61,711 nt of DNA, filler included, from Candidatus Woesearchaeota archaeon (GCA_023266675.1; 5 parts of 5 records of this genome joined end to end with filler, not necessarily neighbours in it); one strand, 5' to 3'. Positions 47,663-57,802 are shown, numbered from the whole stretch's first letter. The notes: generated from the sequence alone by a model not told the origin. Translations and numbers: made by a program.

Positions 47663-48556
47663 TCAATTAAATAAGCCGGAGAACCATTCTTTAAGTTTAA
47701 GATATATTCCTTTGTTTTTGCAGTCATTGTCTATTTTCCCGTCACAGTCATTGTCGACGCCATCGCACCATTCAAATTCCGGATTCACTTCTCCAATGCA
47801 TGCCTGCCATGCACCGCCTTTGCATTCTATCTTTCCAAGTTTACAGATGCCTTTGTCGCTTACACCACACTTTTTTGTTAAGTCTTCATCAATAACCCCA
47901 TTGCAATTATCATCAAGATTGTTGCATTCTTCTGCCGTAGGAAAAACGTATCCTTCGCATTTAGTCCATGAGGCATTTACGCATTTTTGAATTCCATTCT
48001 TACATTTACCAGTTAATGGCGAGTTCCCGCATGACCTGGAAATATCCTCATCGATTTTGCCATTGCAGTTATCATCTAGATTATTGCATATCTCGTTTTG
48101 CGGATGCACTTCATTTTCACAATATCCCCATTCTCCATTAATGCATTTCTGCACACCCTGACTGCATATGCCAAGAGTCGTATTGCTACCGCATTTTCTT
48201 GAAACTCCATCATCAATTTTACCGTCACAGTCATCATCAAGATTATTGCAAACCTCTTCTGATTTTGTGCAAAAGTCGACCATTGCATAACTCTCGCTTT
48301 TAGTCTCATTATAGTATATACCTCTTACAAAAAGAATTGACTCACCCAGGTTTTTTGGTGAATTAACCCCTAAAGGAAGGTATTTATCTTCATCACTTAT
48401 ATTAATCAAAATTTTATCTAGTGTTATTGATATCAGTGTGATTGTTTTTCCTGAATTGGAAAGAGTATCATTAATTTTAAACTGATATTCATATCCTTGA
48501 GAGATTCCAATTAGCAAAATAAAAGATAAACAGAAAACAAGTATTGTTCGTTTCAT
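47663..48556 (-). CDS. secreted Cys-rich protein with MopE-like putative metal-binding repeats
   Basis: signal peptide; four E.C(N/D)..D(D/N)(D/N)C(D/N)G.ID units at about 54-aa spacing. Confidence 0.85.
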   Translation of the reverse strand: MKRTILVFCLSFILLIGISQGYEYQFKINDTLSNSGKTITLISITLDKILINISDEDKYLPLGVNSPKNLGESILFVRGIYYNETKSESYAMVDFCTKSEEVCNNLDDDCDGKIDDGVSRKCGSNTTLGICSQGVQKCINGEWGYCENEVHPQNEICNNLDDNCNGKIDEDISRSCGNSPLTGKCKNGIQKCVNASWTKCEGYVFPTAEECNNLDDNCNGVIDEDLTKKCGVSDKGICKLGKIECKGGAWQACIGEVNPEFEWCDGVDNDCDGKIDNDCKNKGIYLKLKEWFSGLFN

Positions 48557-48680
48557 ATTTGACTAATTAGTTTGGTAGTTTTTAAACTTTGTCAAAAAAA
48601 TAGCAAAGAGTGATATTTGTTTCAAGAAGGAAACAGATTATTAGGCAAATTTTATAAATAATCCTCTGTTTTTAATTTGT

Positions 48681-50051
48681 ATGGTGCTTGAAAAACTTGG
48701 TGAGTCGCTGAAAAACACGCTTTCAAAAATAGCTGATGCGATGTTTGTTGATGAAAAGCTTATCAACGAGCTTGTAAAAGATATCCAAAGAAGCCTTTTG
48801 CAGTCAGACGTTAACGTGAAGCTTGTATTTTCGATAACAAAGGAAATCAAGCGACGCGCAATGGAAGAGAAAGTTCCAAATCTTTCAAAAAAAGATCATC
48901 TTGTACATATAGTCTATGAAGAACTCGTAAAATTCCTTGGCGGCGACGGCCAAAAAATTGATATTTTAAAAAAGAAGCCTTTCAAGATAATGCTTGTAGG
49001 TCTTTTTGGTAACGGAAAAACAACAACCGCTGGAAAGCTTGCAAAATTCTACCAAAAAAGAGGACACAAAGTTGCGCTCATATCAACAGACACGTGGCGT
49101 CCAGCAGCATTCACACAGCTAAAACAGCTTGGCGAAAGTATAAAAGTCCCAGTGTTTGGCGACCCAAAAGAAAAAAGTCCTATAAAGATTTATAAGAAAT
49201 TTGAAGATGAACTTTCAAAATTTGACCTTGTGATTATCGACACCGCTGGTCGTGACGCGTTGTCTGACGACCTTATTGAAGAGCTTACAAAAATTCATAA
49301 GCTGGTTGACGCTGACGAGAACCTTTTAGTCATAGGCGCAGACGTTGGTCAGGCTGCAGAAAAACAGGCGCAGGCGTTTCACGATACGTGCGGCGTATCA
49401 GGAGTTATTATTACAAAGCTTGAAGGAACAGCAAAAGGAGGAGGAGCTCTTGCTGCGTGTTCTATCACAAAAGCTTATGTCAAGTTCATTGGAGTTGGCG
49501 AGAAAATTGACGACCTTGAGGAGTTTTCACCAAAAGGTTTTGTCGGACGCCTCCTTGGAATGGGAGACCTTGAAGCGTTACTTGAAAAGGCAAAAGAAGC
49601 AATTTCTGAAGAGGATGCAAAGGATTTAGGAAAGAAGTTTTTGAAAGGCGAATTCAATTTAATTGATTTATACGAGCAGATGGAAGCGATGAACAAGATG
49701 GGACCGCTTGGCAAAGTCATGGAAATGATTCCAGGCATGGGAAACCTAAAGATTCCAAAAGAAGCGCTAAAAGTCCAGGAAGAAAAGTTAGTTGGCTGGA
49801 GATATATTATGAATTCGTGCACAAAAGAAGAGCTTGAAGACCCTGAGATAATAAACGGCACACGCCTTGACAGAATTTCAAAAGGCTCAGGAAGAAACAT
49901 CGGAGAGGTTAGGGATTTAATCAAGCAGTACAAGCAGAGTAAGAAAGTTATGAAGATGTTTAAAGGCGGCGGCTCAGAGAAAGACATGGAGAAAATGATG
50001 AAGAAAATGGGCGGTGCTATGAAAGGCGGGATGCCTGGAATGAAGTTCTAA
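48681..50051 (+). CDS. srp54: signal recognition particle protein SRP54
   Basis: GLFGNGKTTT, DTAGRD, TKLEGTAKGGGAL, GRLLGMGD, Met-rich M domain. Confidence 0.97.
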   Translation: MVLEKLGESLKNTLSKIADAMFVDEKLINELVKDIQRSLLQSDVNVKLVFSITKEIKRRAMEEKVPNLSKKDHLVHIVYEELVKFLGGDGQKIDILKKKPFKIMLVGLFGNGKTTTAGKLAKFYQKRGHKVALISTDTWRPAAFTQLKQLGESIKVPVFGDPKEKSPIKIYKKFEDELSKFDLVIIDTAGRDALSDDLIEELTKIHKLVDADENLLVIGADVGQAAEKQAQAFHDTCGVSGVIITKLEGTAKGGGALAACSITKAYVKFIGVGEKIDDLEEFSPKGFVGRLLGMGDLEALLEKAKEAISEEDAKDLGKKFLKGEFNLIDLYEQMEAMNKMGPLGKVMEMIPGMGNLKIPKEALKVQEEKLVGWRYIMNSCTKEELEDPEIINGTRLDRISKGSGRNIGEVRDLIKQYKQSKKVMKMFKGGGSEKDMEKMMKKMGGAMKGGMPGMKF

Positions 50052-50119
50052 GTGATACCATTATAATGTGATAAATAAAAATAAAGTTTTATAAATTACT
50101 CATTAATTTCTACAACAAA

Positions 50120-51175
50120 ATGCAGTCAAAAACAATTAAGCCGTCAAATCTGCTTGAAGATGAATTGGCGAAGTTTAGTTTAGAGCAAAGAAGCCTGATT
50201 TATCAACATGTTTCAATGATAGAACTCACGTCTGGCTGCACACTGTTTTGTGATTTCTGCGGAGTTGACGCTCCAAAAGGAGTTAGCGACTTCATACCTT
50301 TTTCACTTCTTGAAAAAATAGCAGACGAAATGGCAACGTTGACAGACAGAACAAAAGAGCCTAGCGGAAGAATACAGAGATTTCCTGACAAAAGAGATCT
50401 TCTTCTTTACGGCGCAACTGACCCTCTTGATTATACGGATGGAGAAAAAAATTATTTTGATGTTCTAAGCCTTTTTGAAAGCAAAGGCTTTAAACTTGTG
50501 ACATCAAGCGCAATTCCGATAGGAAAAGAGGAAATTGCAATTGAGAATCTTTCTAGAATTGATCAGATAAGTATATCCCATATGAACAGAAAAAGGCTTA
50601 TGCCATACTTTGAAAGACTAAACATCGCAGTATATGTCGATGTGTACAATCATTTGCTTGCATCAGGAAAATCTGACCTGCACGGGTCCCCGCATAATTA
50701 CGCCGTCATGGTTGAAGGAAGTGTGGATGAAACGCTTGATAGAATAAGGGAAGATTACCCGTCGCTTCCAAAAAACGCAAGATTTTACAGTTTAAATATT
50801 GACGGAAACATGCATCGCCATAAACTTTTAAGCCAGAAAGAAACTATTTTTTTATATTGTGCAAATGGAGAAAAAAATGACTGGAAAAGTTCAAAGCGAA
50901 TAAAAGACAGGGATTTTGAAGGAGTCCTTAATGTAGGGCGTGCAGCAAAATTTGATGAAGAGTTTAGACCAATTACGTTTGCATCAACCAATGGCGCCAA
51001 GATAACTCCAAAAGGAATATTTAACCAAATATATGTGGACCCTCTGCCAGTTAGCAGAAAAACAGTGATGAGCGAGAGAATTATATCTGATGATTTTAAT
51101 ATTGTCAGGTATGCGCGCTCAGAGCATGATATCCAAAAAATAGACTGGTTTTACATCATGCCTAAACGTTATTAA
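50120..51175 (+). CDS. radical SAM-like protein of unknown function
   Basis: ELTSGCTLFCDFCG (CX3CX2C); LYGATDPL. Confidence 0.7.
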   Translation: MQSKTIKPSNLLEDELAKFSLEQRSLIYQHVSMIELTSGCTLFCDFCGVDAPKGVSDFIPFSLLEKIADEMATLTDRTKEPSGRIQRFPDKRDLLLYGATDPLDYTDGEKNYFDVLSLFESKGFKLVTSSAIPIGKEEIAIENLSRIDQISISHMNRKRLMPYFERLNIAVYVDVYNHLLASGKSDLHGSPHNYAVMVEGSVDETLDRIREDYPSLPKNARFYSLNIDGNMHRHKLLSQKETIFLYCANGEKNDWKSSKRIKDRDFEGVLNVGRAAKFDEEFRPITFASTNGAKITPKGIFNQIYVDPLPVSRKTVMSERIISDDFNIVRYARSEHDIQKIDWFYIMPKRY

Positions 51176-51201
51176 GAATATTTAAAGAAAATTTAAAAGA
51201 A

Positions 51202-52230
51202 CTACATCTGCGCTTTTAGCTGCTCAATGAACTTAGGGAAATCTTTTTTCTTTACGCAACCTCCGCAAGCGTGGTCGTGCCCTCCGCCGTATCCTTCAAC
51301 GCCATCTAATGCTTTTTGAACCATTGGAGGAAGTATAAAATTTGATGCTCTCATTGAAAGCTTCATCTCGTCATTTTTCTCGCGCCCGATTATTATTACC
51401 CTGTTTGGATACCTGTAAAGAAGCTCGTTTGATAAATCCGCTGTGAAACTCATCTTGCTTTCTTCATATGTGAAAAGAATAATTTTTTTGTCAGTTGTAT
51501 CAACAGAGTTCAAAAGACTTTGATACGCATCATCCATCTGCTTGTATTTCTTGTAAAGAAGTGATGCGCGTGGCGTTGTGTGCTCAAAAAGTTCCTGCGG
51601 CGACTCAACTCGTGTAAGTATTTTTATCGCTTTTAACACTTCAGTTGTTTTTCCTTTCTGCAAGAATGAAAACATCTTTGAAATTTTTCCAATGTCAGAG
51701 TTGAATAATGCGTCCTGAGGATTGACTATATCTTTGCTTAGTAATTCCGGATATTCCTCCTTGAATTTATCTGAAACATCTTTTGGCAAAGCCCAGTCGC
51801 CTACAATTCCAGCCATTGCAATCCACAAGTCCTGCTCAACAATGCGGTAAGCCCAGTAGCTAGTAGGACGGTTGTCTGCGTCGTCATGAATTCGCGGATT
51901 AAAATACTTGACGCCGTGCCTTTTTTGCGGCGCATGATGGTCAAGCCAGATTATTTTTTTTCCTTTGCATTCATCAATAAAATCTTGTGAAAGCATTGGT
52001 TTATCAAGTATGAAAACAATATCAGGCTGGTACTCCTCAACCTTTTTTGCGTACTCCGCTGAAACTTCAGGAGAGCTTTTTACAACTATGCCTTTGCTTT
52101 CAGTTTTAAATCTGTAAAAAAGAAGAAAAGATGAAAGTCCGTCAGGGTCGTCATCAAAGAATATCAGTGGTCGTGTAGAATTAAGCAACTCATTTCTTAT
52201 GTATTCAATTTCATCATTTGTTAAAGACAT
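51202..52230 (-). CDS. DHH/DHHA1 phosphoesterase
   Basis: DDDPDG, ILDKP, LDHH, GIVGD, GGGHDHACG. Confidence 0.92.
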   Translation of the reverse strand: MSLTNDEIEYIRNELLNSTRPLIFFDDDPDGLSSFLLFYRFKTESKGIVVKSSPEVSAEYAKKVEEYQPDIVFILDKPMLSQDFIDECKGKKIIWLDHHAPQKRHGVKYFNPRIHDDADNRPTSYWAYRIVEQDLWIAMAGIVGDWALPKDVSDKFKEEYPELLSKDIVNPQDALFNSDIGKISKMFSFLQKGKTTEVLKAIKILTRVESPQELFEHTTPRASLLYKKYKQMDDAYQSLLNSVDTTDKKIILFTYEESKMSFTADLSNELLYRYPNRVIIIGREKNDEMKLSMRASNFILPPMVQKALDGVEGYGGGHDHACGGCVKKKDFPKFIEQLKAQM

Positions 52231-52368
52231 TGTTACACCTTTATAAAAAAAAGTTAATTAATGATAGATACGTTTACTATATTATATATTTATTGTTTAA
52301 AAAAAGTTATTCTATTACAAATCAACTAAACTGAAAGATTTAAATAGTTCAAAATAATAAAACAATGG

Positions 52369-52791
52369 ATGTATACTAGATTGCTCATGTCGTCAGTTGT
52401 TGCTGGTTTTATAGGAACTTATTCAGCTCCATCTCTTTCAGATAATTCTGATGATAAAAGTGTGAATTCTTCAATAGATGCAAAAGTTGATGTGCTCTAT
52501 AATCATGGCAGTTTTATGGCAAGCGAGATGCCAAAGTGTCCTCGCCCATATACAATTAAGGAAAATGAGAAGCCAGAGGCATTAAAACATTTTGAGAGGA
52601 TAGGAGTAAGATATGAAGGATGCCTTACAAACAAGTATAGTATAGGATTAGCAAATAAGGATGATATGTATCTTATATTAATAGGAAAAATTCAGGAAGG
52701 GTCAGACTCGCCTATTAAAGTAAAAGTTTATTCGCATAAAGGAAACAAATCCGGTATTTATTCAGAACAGACAAATTTTAGAAACCATTGA
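52369..52791 (+). CDS. hypothetical, possibly secreted protein
   Basis: 140 aa, hydrophobic N-terminus, TATA-like element upstream. Confidence 0.6.
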   Translation: MYTRLLMSSVVAGFIGTYSAPSLSDNSDDKSVNSSIDAKVDVLYNHGSFMASEMPKCPRPYTIKENEKPEALKHFERIGVRYEGCLTNKYSIGLANKDDMYLILIGKIQEGSDSPIKVKVYSHKGNKSGIYSEQTNFRNH

Positions 52792-52809
52792 AAAGATACT
52801 TGATAAGAA

Positions 52810-53205
52810 TTAAGGATTAACCATCATAACTTCTGCAGTCTCAACTGCGCTGTCAATAATTTTTTTTACGTCAACTCGCGCTTCTTCCTGTTCAACAATT
52901 TTCAGCTTTGCTTTTGTTATAGGTTTTTGCGGAACTGCTCTACAGCATATTCCTTTTTCTATAGATATTTCAAATGTTCCGATTTTTTTTGCAAAATCAA
53001 TTGTTTCCTGCTTATCGTTTGTAAGTAGTGGTCGAAGTATTGGAATTTTTACTGCGGTGTCAGTTGCTGCCATGTTGTCAAGCGTCTGTGACGCAACCTG
53101 CCCTAGATTCTCGCCGGTTATCAAAAATTCACATCCTTCATTTTCAGCAATTTTTTCTGAAACCTTAAGCATTGTACGGCGACAGAATATGCAGCCATAA
53201 CGCCT
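52810..53205 (-). CDS. thiI: tRNA sulfurtransferase ThiI, C-terminal fragment (5'-truncated by the linker)
   Basis: C..CRR.M, ITGENLGQVASQTL.N, LRPL...DK.E. Confidence 0.9.
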   Translation of the reverse strand, partial: RRYGCIFCRRTMLKVSEKIAENEGCEFLITGENLGQVASQTLDNMAATDTAVKIPILRPLLTNDKQETIDFAKKIGTFEISIEKGICCRAVPQKPITKAKLKIVEQEEARVDVKKIIDSAVETAEVMMVNP

Positions 53206-53206
53206 G

Positions 53207-53306
53207 NNNNNNNNNNNNNNNNNNNNNNNNNNNNNNNNNNNNNNNNNNNNTTAATTAATTAANNNNNNNNNNNNNNNNNNNNNNNNNNNNNNNNNNNNNN
53301 NNNNNN
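53207..53306. other. artificial linker
   Basis: N-run with TTAATTAATTAA. Confidence 0.97.
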
Positions 53307-53369
53307 AATGAATGGAGAGGAGTGTATCTTGACGGTAAACAGCTTCCGTATGAAGGTTTAAGATTATGA
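53307..53369 (+). CDS. 3' end of an unidentified gene coupled to guaA (NEWRGVYLDGKQLPYEGLRL*)
   Basis: open frame from the linker; TGA overlaps the guaA ATG. Confidence 0.5.
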   Translation, partial: NEWRGVYLDGKQLPYEGLRL

Positions 53370-55435
53370 CTCAAACAATTACAGCTGCAGAAAAAAGAAA
53401 AAAAATAGTCATCATAGACAATGGAACACAGTACGGGCAGCTGTATGCAAAGCGTTTCAGGGATTTAGGCGTTGATGTTGATTCAATAGATGCAGGAGTT
53501 TATTACGAAGGTGAAAAATTAGTAAGACCAAAAGTTTCTCTTTTTGATATTTTAGGTTATGCAGGTGTTGTAGTTGCAGGCGGCAAAAGCAGCGTGACTG
53601 ATGATGAAAGCAAAAGAGTTGACATTGACCCAAGAATCTATTCTCAGTTTGACGGACCTGTTCTTGGAACATGTTTTGGACATCAGGATATGGCAGACAG
53701 AATGGGCGGAAAAGTCATCTCCGGATTAAAGCAGTGCGGACCTGTTTTTTCTGCAGTTAATCCTAAAAATCCTTTATTTTACAATCTTGAATTTGAAGTG
53801 CAAAGGCTAAATTCCACGCACAATGACGGCGTTAGTGAGATGCCAGAAGGATTTAAAAGAATTGCCTACAGCATTAATGATATTACTGGTTTAGAACACA
53901 TTGATGCAATGTGCAAGAATCCTGATTCTGGAAAAAACAACTGGAGAATCGGAACACAGTTTCATCCTGAAACAAGCCTTACTGAAAATGGAGAGACAAT
54001 GCTTAGCAATTTTATCTCTCTTTGCGGCTTAAAAACAAATAAAATCCAAAAAGAAGAAAAAATAAAGCCTAATATTGATGCAATTGTTGCAGAGCAATAC
54101 ACAAAAATAAAAGAGGTTACCAAAGACAAGCAGATATTTCTTCCAATTAGCGGAGGCATAGATTCAACAGTCGCCACAGCAATGCTGCTTCATGCAGGAA
54201 TCAGCAGAGACAGCATCCATGCATTTCACATTGACACAGGATTTAACAGATTAAATGAAAGTGAAGAAGTTGTAACAGCATACCACCAAATGGGATGGGA
54301 CTTTGTAACACTTCTTGATAAAAAAGATTTTTTTGCCAATTTTTCTCTTTCTGAAGAAGACCTTAGAAAAGATTTGCAGGGAAAAGGATTTAGCAAAGTA
54401 GCATTAAAAGATGCAGTTTATTCAGAGCATAAACGATTCTTGTTCCAAACAGCTTATGCAATCGTTATTGAAGAATACCAAAAAGCATTGGGGCTTGATT
54501 TTAGCAATTCTGTTCTGGTTCAGGGTACAAACCAGGCTGATAAAGTTGAAAGCGGAAAAGGCGGAAAAAAACATAGCGGCTCTGCACATATAAAATCACA
54601 TCACAATGTCGGTGCATTTAATAACAAATACAAAGACGCAGGAAATTTTCTTGAACCAGTGGACAGGTTTTTCAAGCCGGATATTTATGAGCTTGGAAGC
54701 AGATACAATCTTTCTGAATTCTTTTCTTCAAGAAAGCCATTTCCAGGACCAGGACTACTCTTAAGGATTGGAAACCACAACATGATTGAAAGCGGTATGT
54801 ACAGCCAGCAAAGCATTGACGGACTTTGCGCTGTAGCAAACCAATTTTCAAACATGCACAGCACCTCCGCTTACATAACACCAATAGAGGCTGTTGGCAC
54901 ATGCGGCGATGAAAGAGCAGTTGGTGTTATGGCAATACTTCAGGCAAAACAAAATCATGAAGAAAATCTTGTAAATAATTTAGATAACCTGCTATATATT
55001 GCTGGGCAAATACCTCACTACACAACTTTTTCAAGACAGGAGTGCATAACAAGGTGCCTTGTTCCTTTATACGCGTTTGATTCCAATAAAACCAATGAGT
55101 TTACAGAAGCAAAACTTGAAGGAAGAGCAGTTGAAGAACTTAAAATATTTGACGATGAAGTAAATAAAATTGTCGACTCTCTTGGAATAAAGATGACTCA
55201 GACAGTAAATTATATGATAACTGACAATCTTGGGGAGCAAGGAAAATACACTTTTGTTTTTAGGCCATGGCAGGCGCCAGACCTAATGACAGGAATCCCG
55301 CTTATACCTGAAGACAAGACAGTCAGAAAAGAATTAATTGACAGATTAAAATCATTAAAAGACAAACACGATTTTATAGGAAACATCTGCATTGACTTAA
55401 CATACAAGCCAATTGGCGGAACAGAAATAATGTGA
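53366..55435 (+). CDS. guaA: GMP synthase (glutamine-hydrolysing), fused long form
   Basis: GTCFGHQ, QFHPE, SGGIDS, IKSHHN, PFPGPGL, DLMTG.P, DLT.KP...TE. Confidence 0.9.
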   Translation: MTQTITAAEKRKKIVIIDNGTQYGQLYAKRFRDLGVDVDSIDAGVYYEGEKLVRPKVSLFDILGYAGVVVAGGKSSVTDDESKRVDIDPRIYSQFDGPVLGTCFGHQDMADRMGGKVISGLKQCGPVFSAVNPKNPLFYNLEFEVQRLNSTHNDGVSEMPEGFKRIAYSINDITGLEHIDAMCKNPDSGKNNWRIGTQFHPETSLTENGETMLSNFISLCGLKTNKIQKEEKIKPNIDAIVAEQYTKIKEVTKDKQIFLPISGGIDSTVATAMLLHAGISRDSIHAFHIDTGFNRLNESEEVVTAYHQMGWDFVTLLDKKDFFANFSLSEEDLRKDLQGKGFSKVALKDAVYSEHKRFLFQTAYAIVIEEYQKALGLDFSNSVLVQGTNQADKVESGKGGKKHSGSAHIKSHHNVGAFNNKYKDAGNFLEPVDRFFKPDIYELGSRYNLSEFFSSRKPFPGPGLLLRIGNHNMIESGMYSQQSIDGLCAVANQFSNMHSTSAYITPIEAVGTCGDERAVGVMAILQAKQNHEENLVNNLDNLLYIAGQIPHYTTFSRQECITRCLVPLYAFDSNKTNEFTEAKLEGRAVEELKIFDDEVNKIVDSLGIKMTQTVNYMITDNLGEQGKYTFVFRPWQAPDLMTGIPLIPEDKTVRKELIDRLKSLKDKHDFIGNICIDLTYKPIGGTEIM

Positions 55436-55467
55436 TTTTATTGAATAATAAACAAAGGTGAATAATT

Positions 55468-56988
55468 ATGTCAAACACAAGTGTATCAAAAAAATATCTT
55501 GATGATTTTATAGGGGACGGAGATTCAGCTTCAGCTATAATAAATAGAAGACTTGCTGCAACAATTGATGGTAATGAGGAGCTTGTTAAGGTAATAACTG
55601 AAGGAATGAATGGTGTCGCTGGCGTAATAACTCCTAAAGGATACGAAGCAGTGGCTTTTACTGTTGTTGGCGATGTTTCTAAAAGAGACCCGCTGGAATA
55701 TATTGCAAGTGCAGTTAGAAATGTTACTAAGCAATCAAAAATACTAGGTGTTACACCAGTTGGATTTTCAGATAATCTTGATGTATATAGTAATGATTTA
55801 CCTTTTATAGAAGAAATTGCAAATGTTTTAACAGATGAAACATTAAAACAAAGAAGTCAAGGATTTACATTTAGTGGATTAAACGGCGAATGTGCAATAT
55901 TACCTGGAGTTGTCAGTGAAGAAACTAAAACAAACATCTCAATAACAGTTGTCGGATACAGAAAACATAATGATATTCCACAAAATCCAATATCACAAAT
56001 AGAAAATGGCATCCAAATTGTAAGATTTAATCCGAAAGGAAAATTAATTTACATGAATTCTGATGGTGTAGGAACCAAACCGCTTAACCATGTAAGGCGA
56101 GCAGAAATAAATGGAGATAAATATCTCGCTGCAGGATATGATGATGAAGCTGCAATGAGAAGAGATGATAGTGCAAAAATAGCTGCAAGAGTTATTGCAT
56201 CTTTTAGTGTTCTTGAAACACGCGGCGATATTTCATTAAAATTTTTCCAAGAACGTGCAAAACAAAGTGATAAAACTTCTAAAATTCAACAAGTACTTTT
56301 AGAAGAAAAAGTTGGAGACAGAATTCTCGGATACAAACATGGTGCAAGGGCATACAGTCTTGGTGGAACAAATATTTGTATTATAGATGAACAAAGGTTA
56401 AAAAAACAATTAATCCCAAATATCGGCGACCGTTTAATAGTAATACAAAATCCAATACCTAACCCGAGGTCAAATGGAATAAGCGCGTTAAGGCAGATAG
56501 CGGAAGAAATGTATGGTTCTGACTGGCATAAGCATCCTGAGGCAAAATATCTAATTGAATATTTATCTTCGCCTTCAACAATATTATATCCGCTGTTCAT
56601 GGATTTAATACAAAATGAGCTTGCTACCGCAGTATATCACATGAGTGGAGGCGCGCTTAACGGAAAACTTGCAAAACCACTATTAAAGCACGGACTTCAT
56701 GCATCAATAGATAACTTATTTCCGTTATCCTATGCACAGGAAAAGATAATTGAATTCTCAAAGACACCTCTTAAGAATAGTTTTGCAATATGGCCAAACA
56801 ACAATGAAGCGTATGTTACAGCATCAGCAGCAAACGCAGATTTGGCTATGGCAATAATAAGAGACTTTGGATTAAATTTTATAGATGCAGGAAGAATTGA
56901 AAAAGCTGAAAACGGAATTGGTGTTACACTAAATAAAATACTTGATTCAGCAGGCGCGCCAATAACTTATACGGGTGGAAAATTTTAG
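55468..56988 (+). CDS. purM: AIR synthase (PurM)-like protein with an extra N-terminal AIRS-like domain
   Basis: SDGVGTK, D..AM..DD, RSNG.S..R, HMSGG, plus upstream NGECAILPG. Confidence 0.75.
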   Translation: MSNTSVSKKYLDDFIGDGDSASAIINRRLAATIDGNEELVKVITEGMNGVAGVITPKGYEAVAFTVVGDVSKRDPLEYIASAVRNVTKQSKILGVTPVGFSDNLDVYSNDLPFIEEIANVLTDETLKQRSQGFTFSGLNGECAILPGVVSEETKTNISITVVGYRKHNDIPQNPISQIENGIQIVRFNPKGKLIYMNSDGVGTKPLNHVRRAEINGDKYLAAGYDDEAAMRRDDSAKIAARVIASFSVLETRGDISLKFFQERAKQSDKTSKIQQVLLEEKVGDRILGYKHGARAYSLGGTNICIIDEQRLKKQLIPNIGDRLIVIQNPIPNPRSNGISALRQIAEEMYGSDWHKHPEAKYLIEYLSSPSTILYPLFMDLIQNELATAVYHMSGGALNGKLAKPLLKHGLHASIDNLFPLSYAQEKIIEFSKTPLKNSFAIWPNNNEAYVTASAANADLAMAIIRDFGLNFIDAGRIEKAENGIGVTLNKILDSAGAPITYTGGKF

Positions 56989-57000
56989 GGGGTAATTAAA

Positions 57001-57700
57001 ATGACAATTGAACAAAAAGCAATTATTAAAACAAACGATTTACCAATCAGACATGAAGAAGATATTCATGACGGAAAAGTAAGGTCTGTATACTGGCTTA
57101 ATCATGAAGACAGCAAAAGAATATCTAAACAACATAATTTTGGAGAAACCGATGTTGGCGTCATGGCAATCAGTGACAGGATTTCTGCTTTTGAATGCAT
57201 ATGGGAGTCTGAATCAGGTCTTAAAGGAATACCCGGAAAGGGAGCATCATTAAACGCAATATCACAATACTGGTTTAAGCAATTTGAGAAAGAGGGACTT
57301 GCAGGACACCACATAATTGAAACTCCTCATCCTCTTGTATGGCTTGTAAAACGAGCAGAGCCAATATTAATTGAAGCAATTGCAAGGCAGTACATAACAG
57401 GAAGCATGTGGAGAGATTATAATGAAAAAGGAATAAAAACCTTTGGCGGAGTATTGATGGCAGAAGGGTTAAAAAAAGACCAAAGGTTAGAGCAGCTTCT
57501 TATTACACCATCAACAAAAGGAGTAATCAGAGGAATAGAAGGGATACCTGAAAAAGATGATGTAAACATAACACGGGAACAGATAGCTGCAAATTATAAA
57601 GCTTTCGGATTTAAATCTGCTGATGATATAGCTTTATACGAAAAACTTCTTGCACAGGGGTTTAATGCAATAAGCAGCAGACTTGATACACTTGGGAATG
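57001..57700 (+). CDS. purC: SAICAR synthetase, 3'-truncated by the linker
   Basis: HDGKVRSVY, ISDRISAFE, GKGASLN, IEAIARQYITGSMWR.Y, ITPSTKG. Confidence 0.93.
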
Positions 57701-57800
57701 NNNNNNNNNNNNNNNNNNNNNNNNNNNNNNNNNNNNNNNNNNNNTTAATTAATTAANNNNNNNNNNNNNNNNNNNNNNNNNNNNNNNNNNNNNNNNNNNN
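57701..57800. other. artificial linker
   Basis: N-run with TTAATTAATTAA. Confidence 0.97.
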
Positions 57801-57802
57801 AT

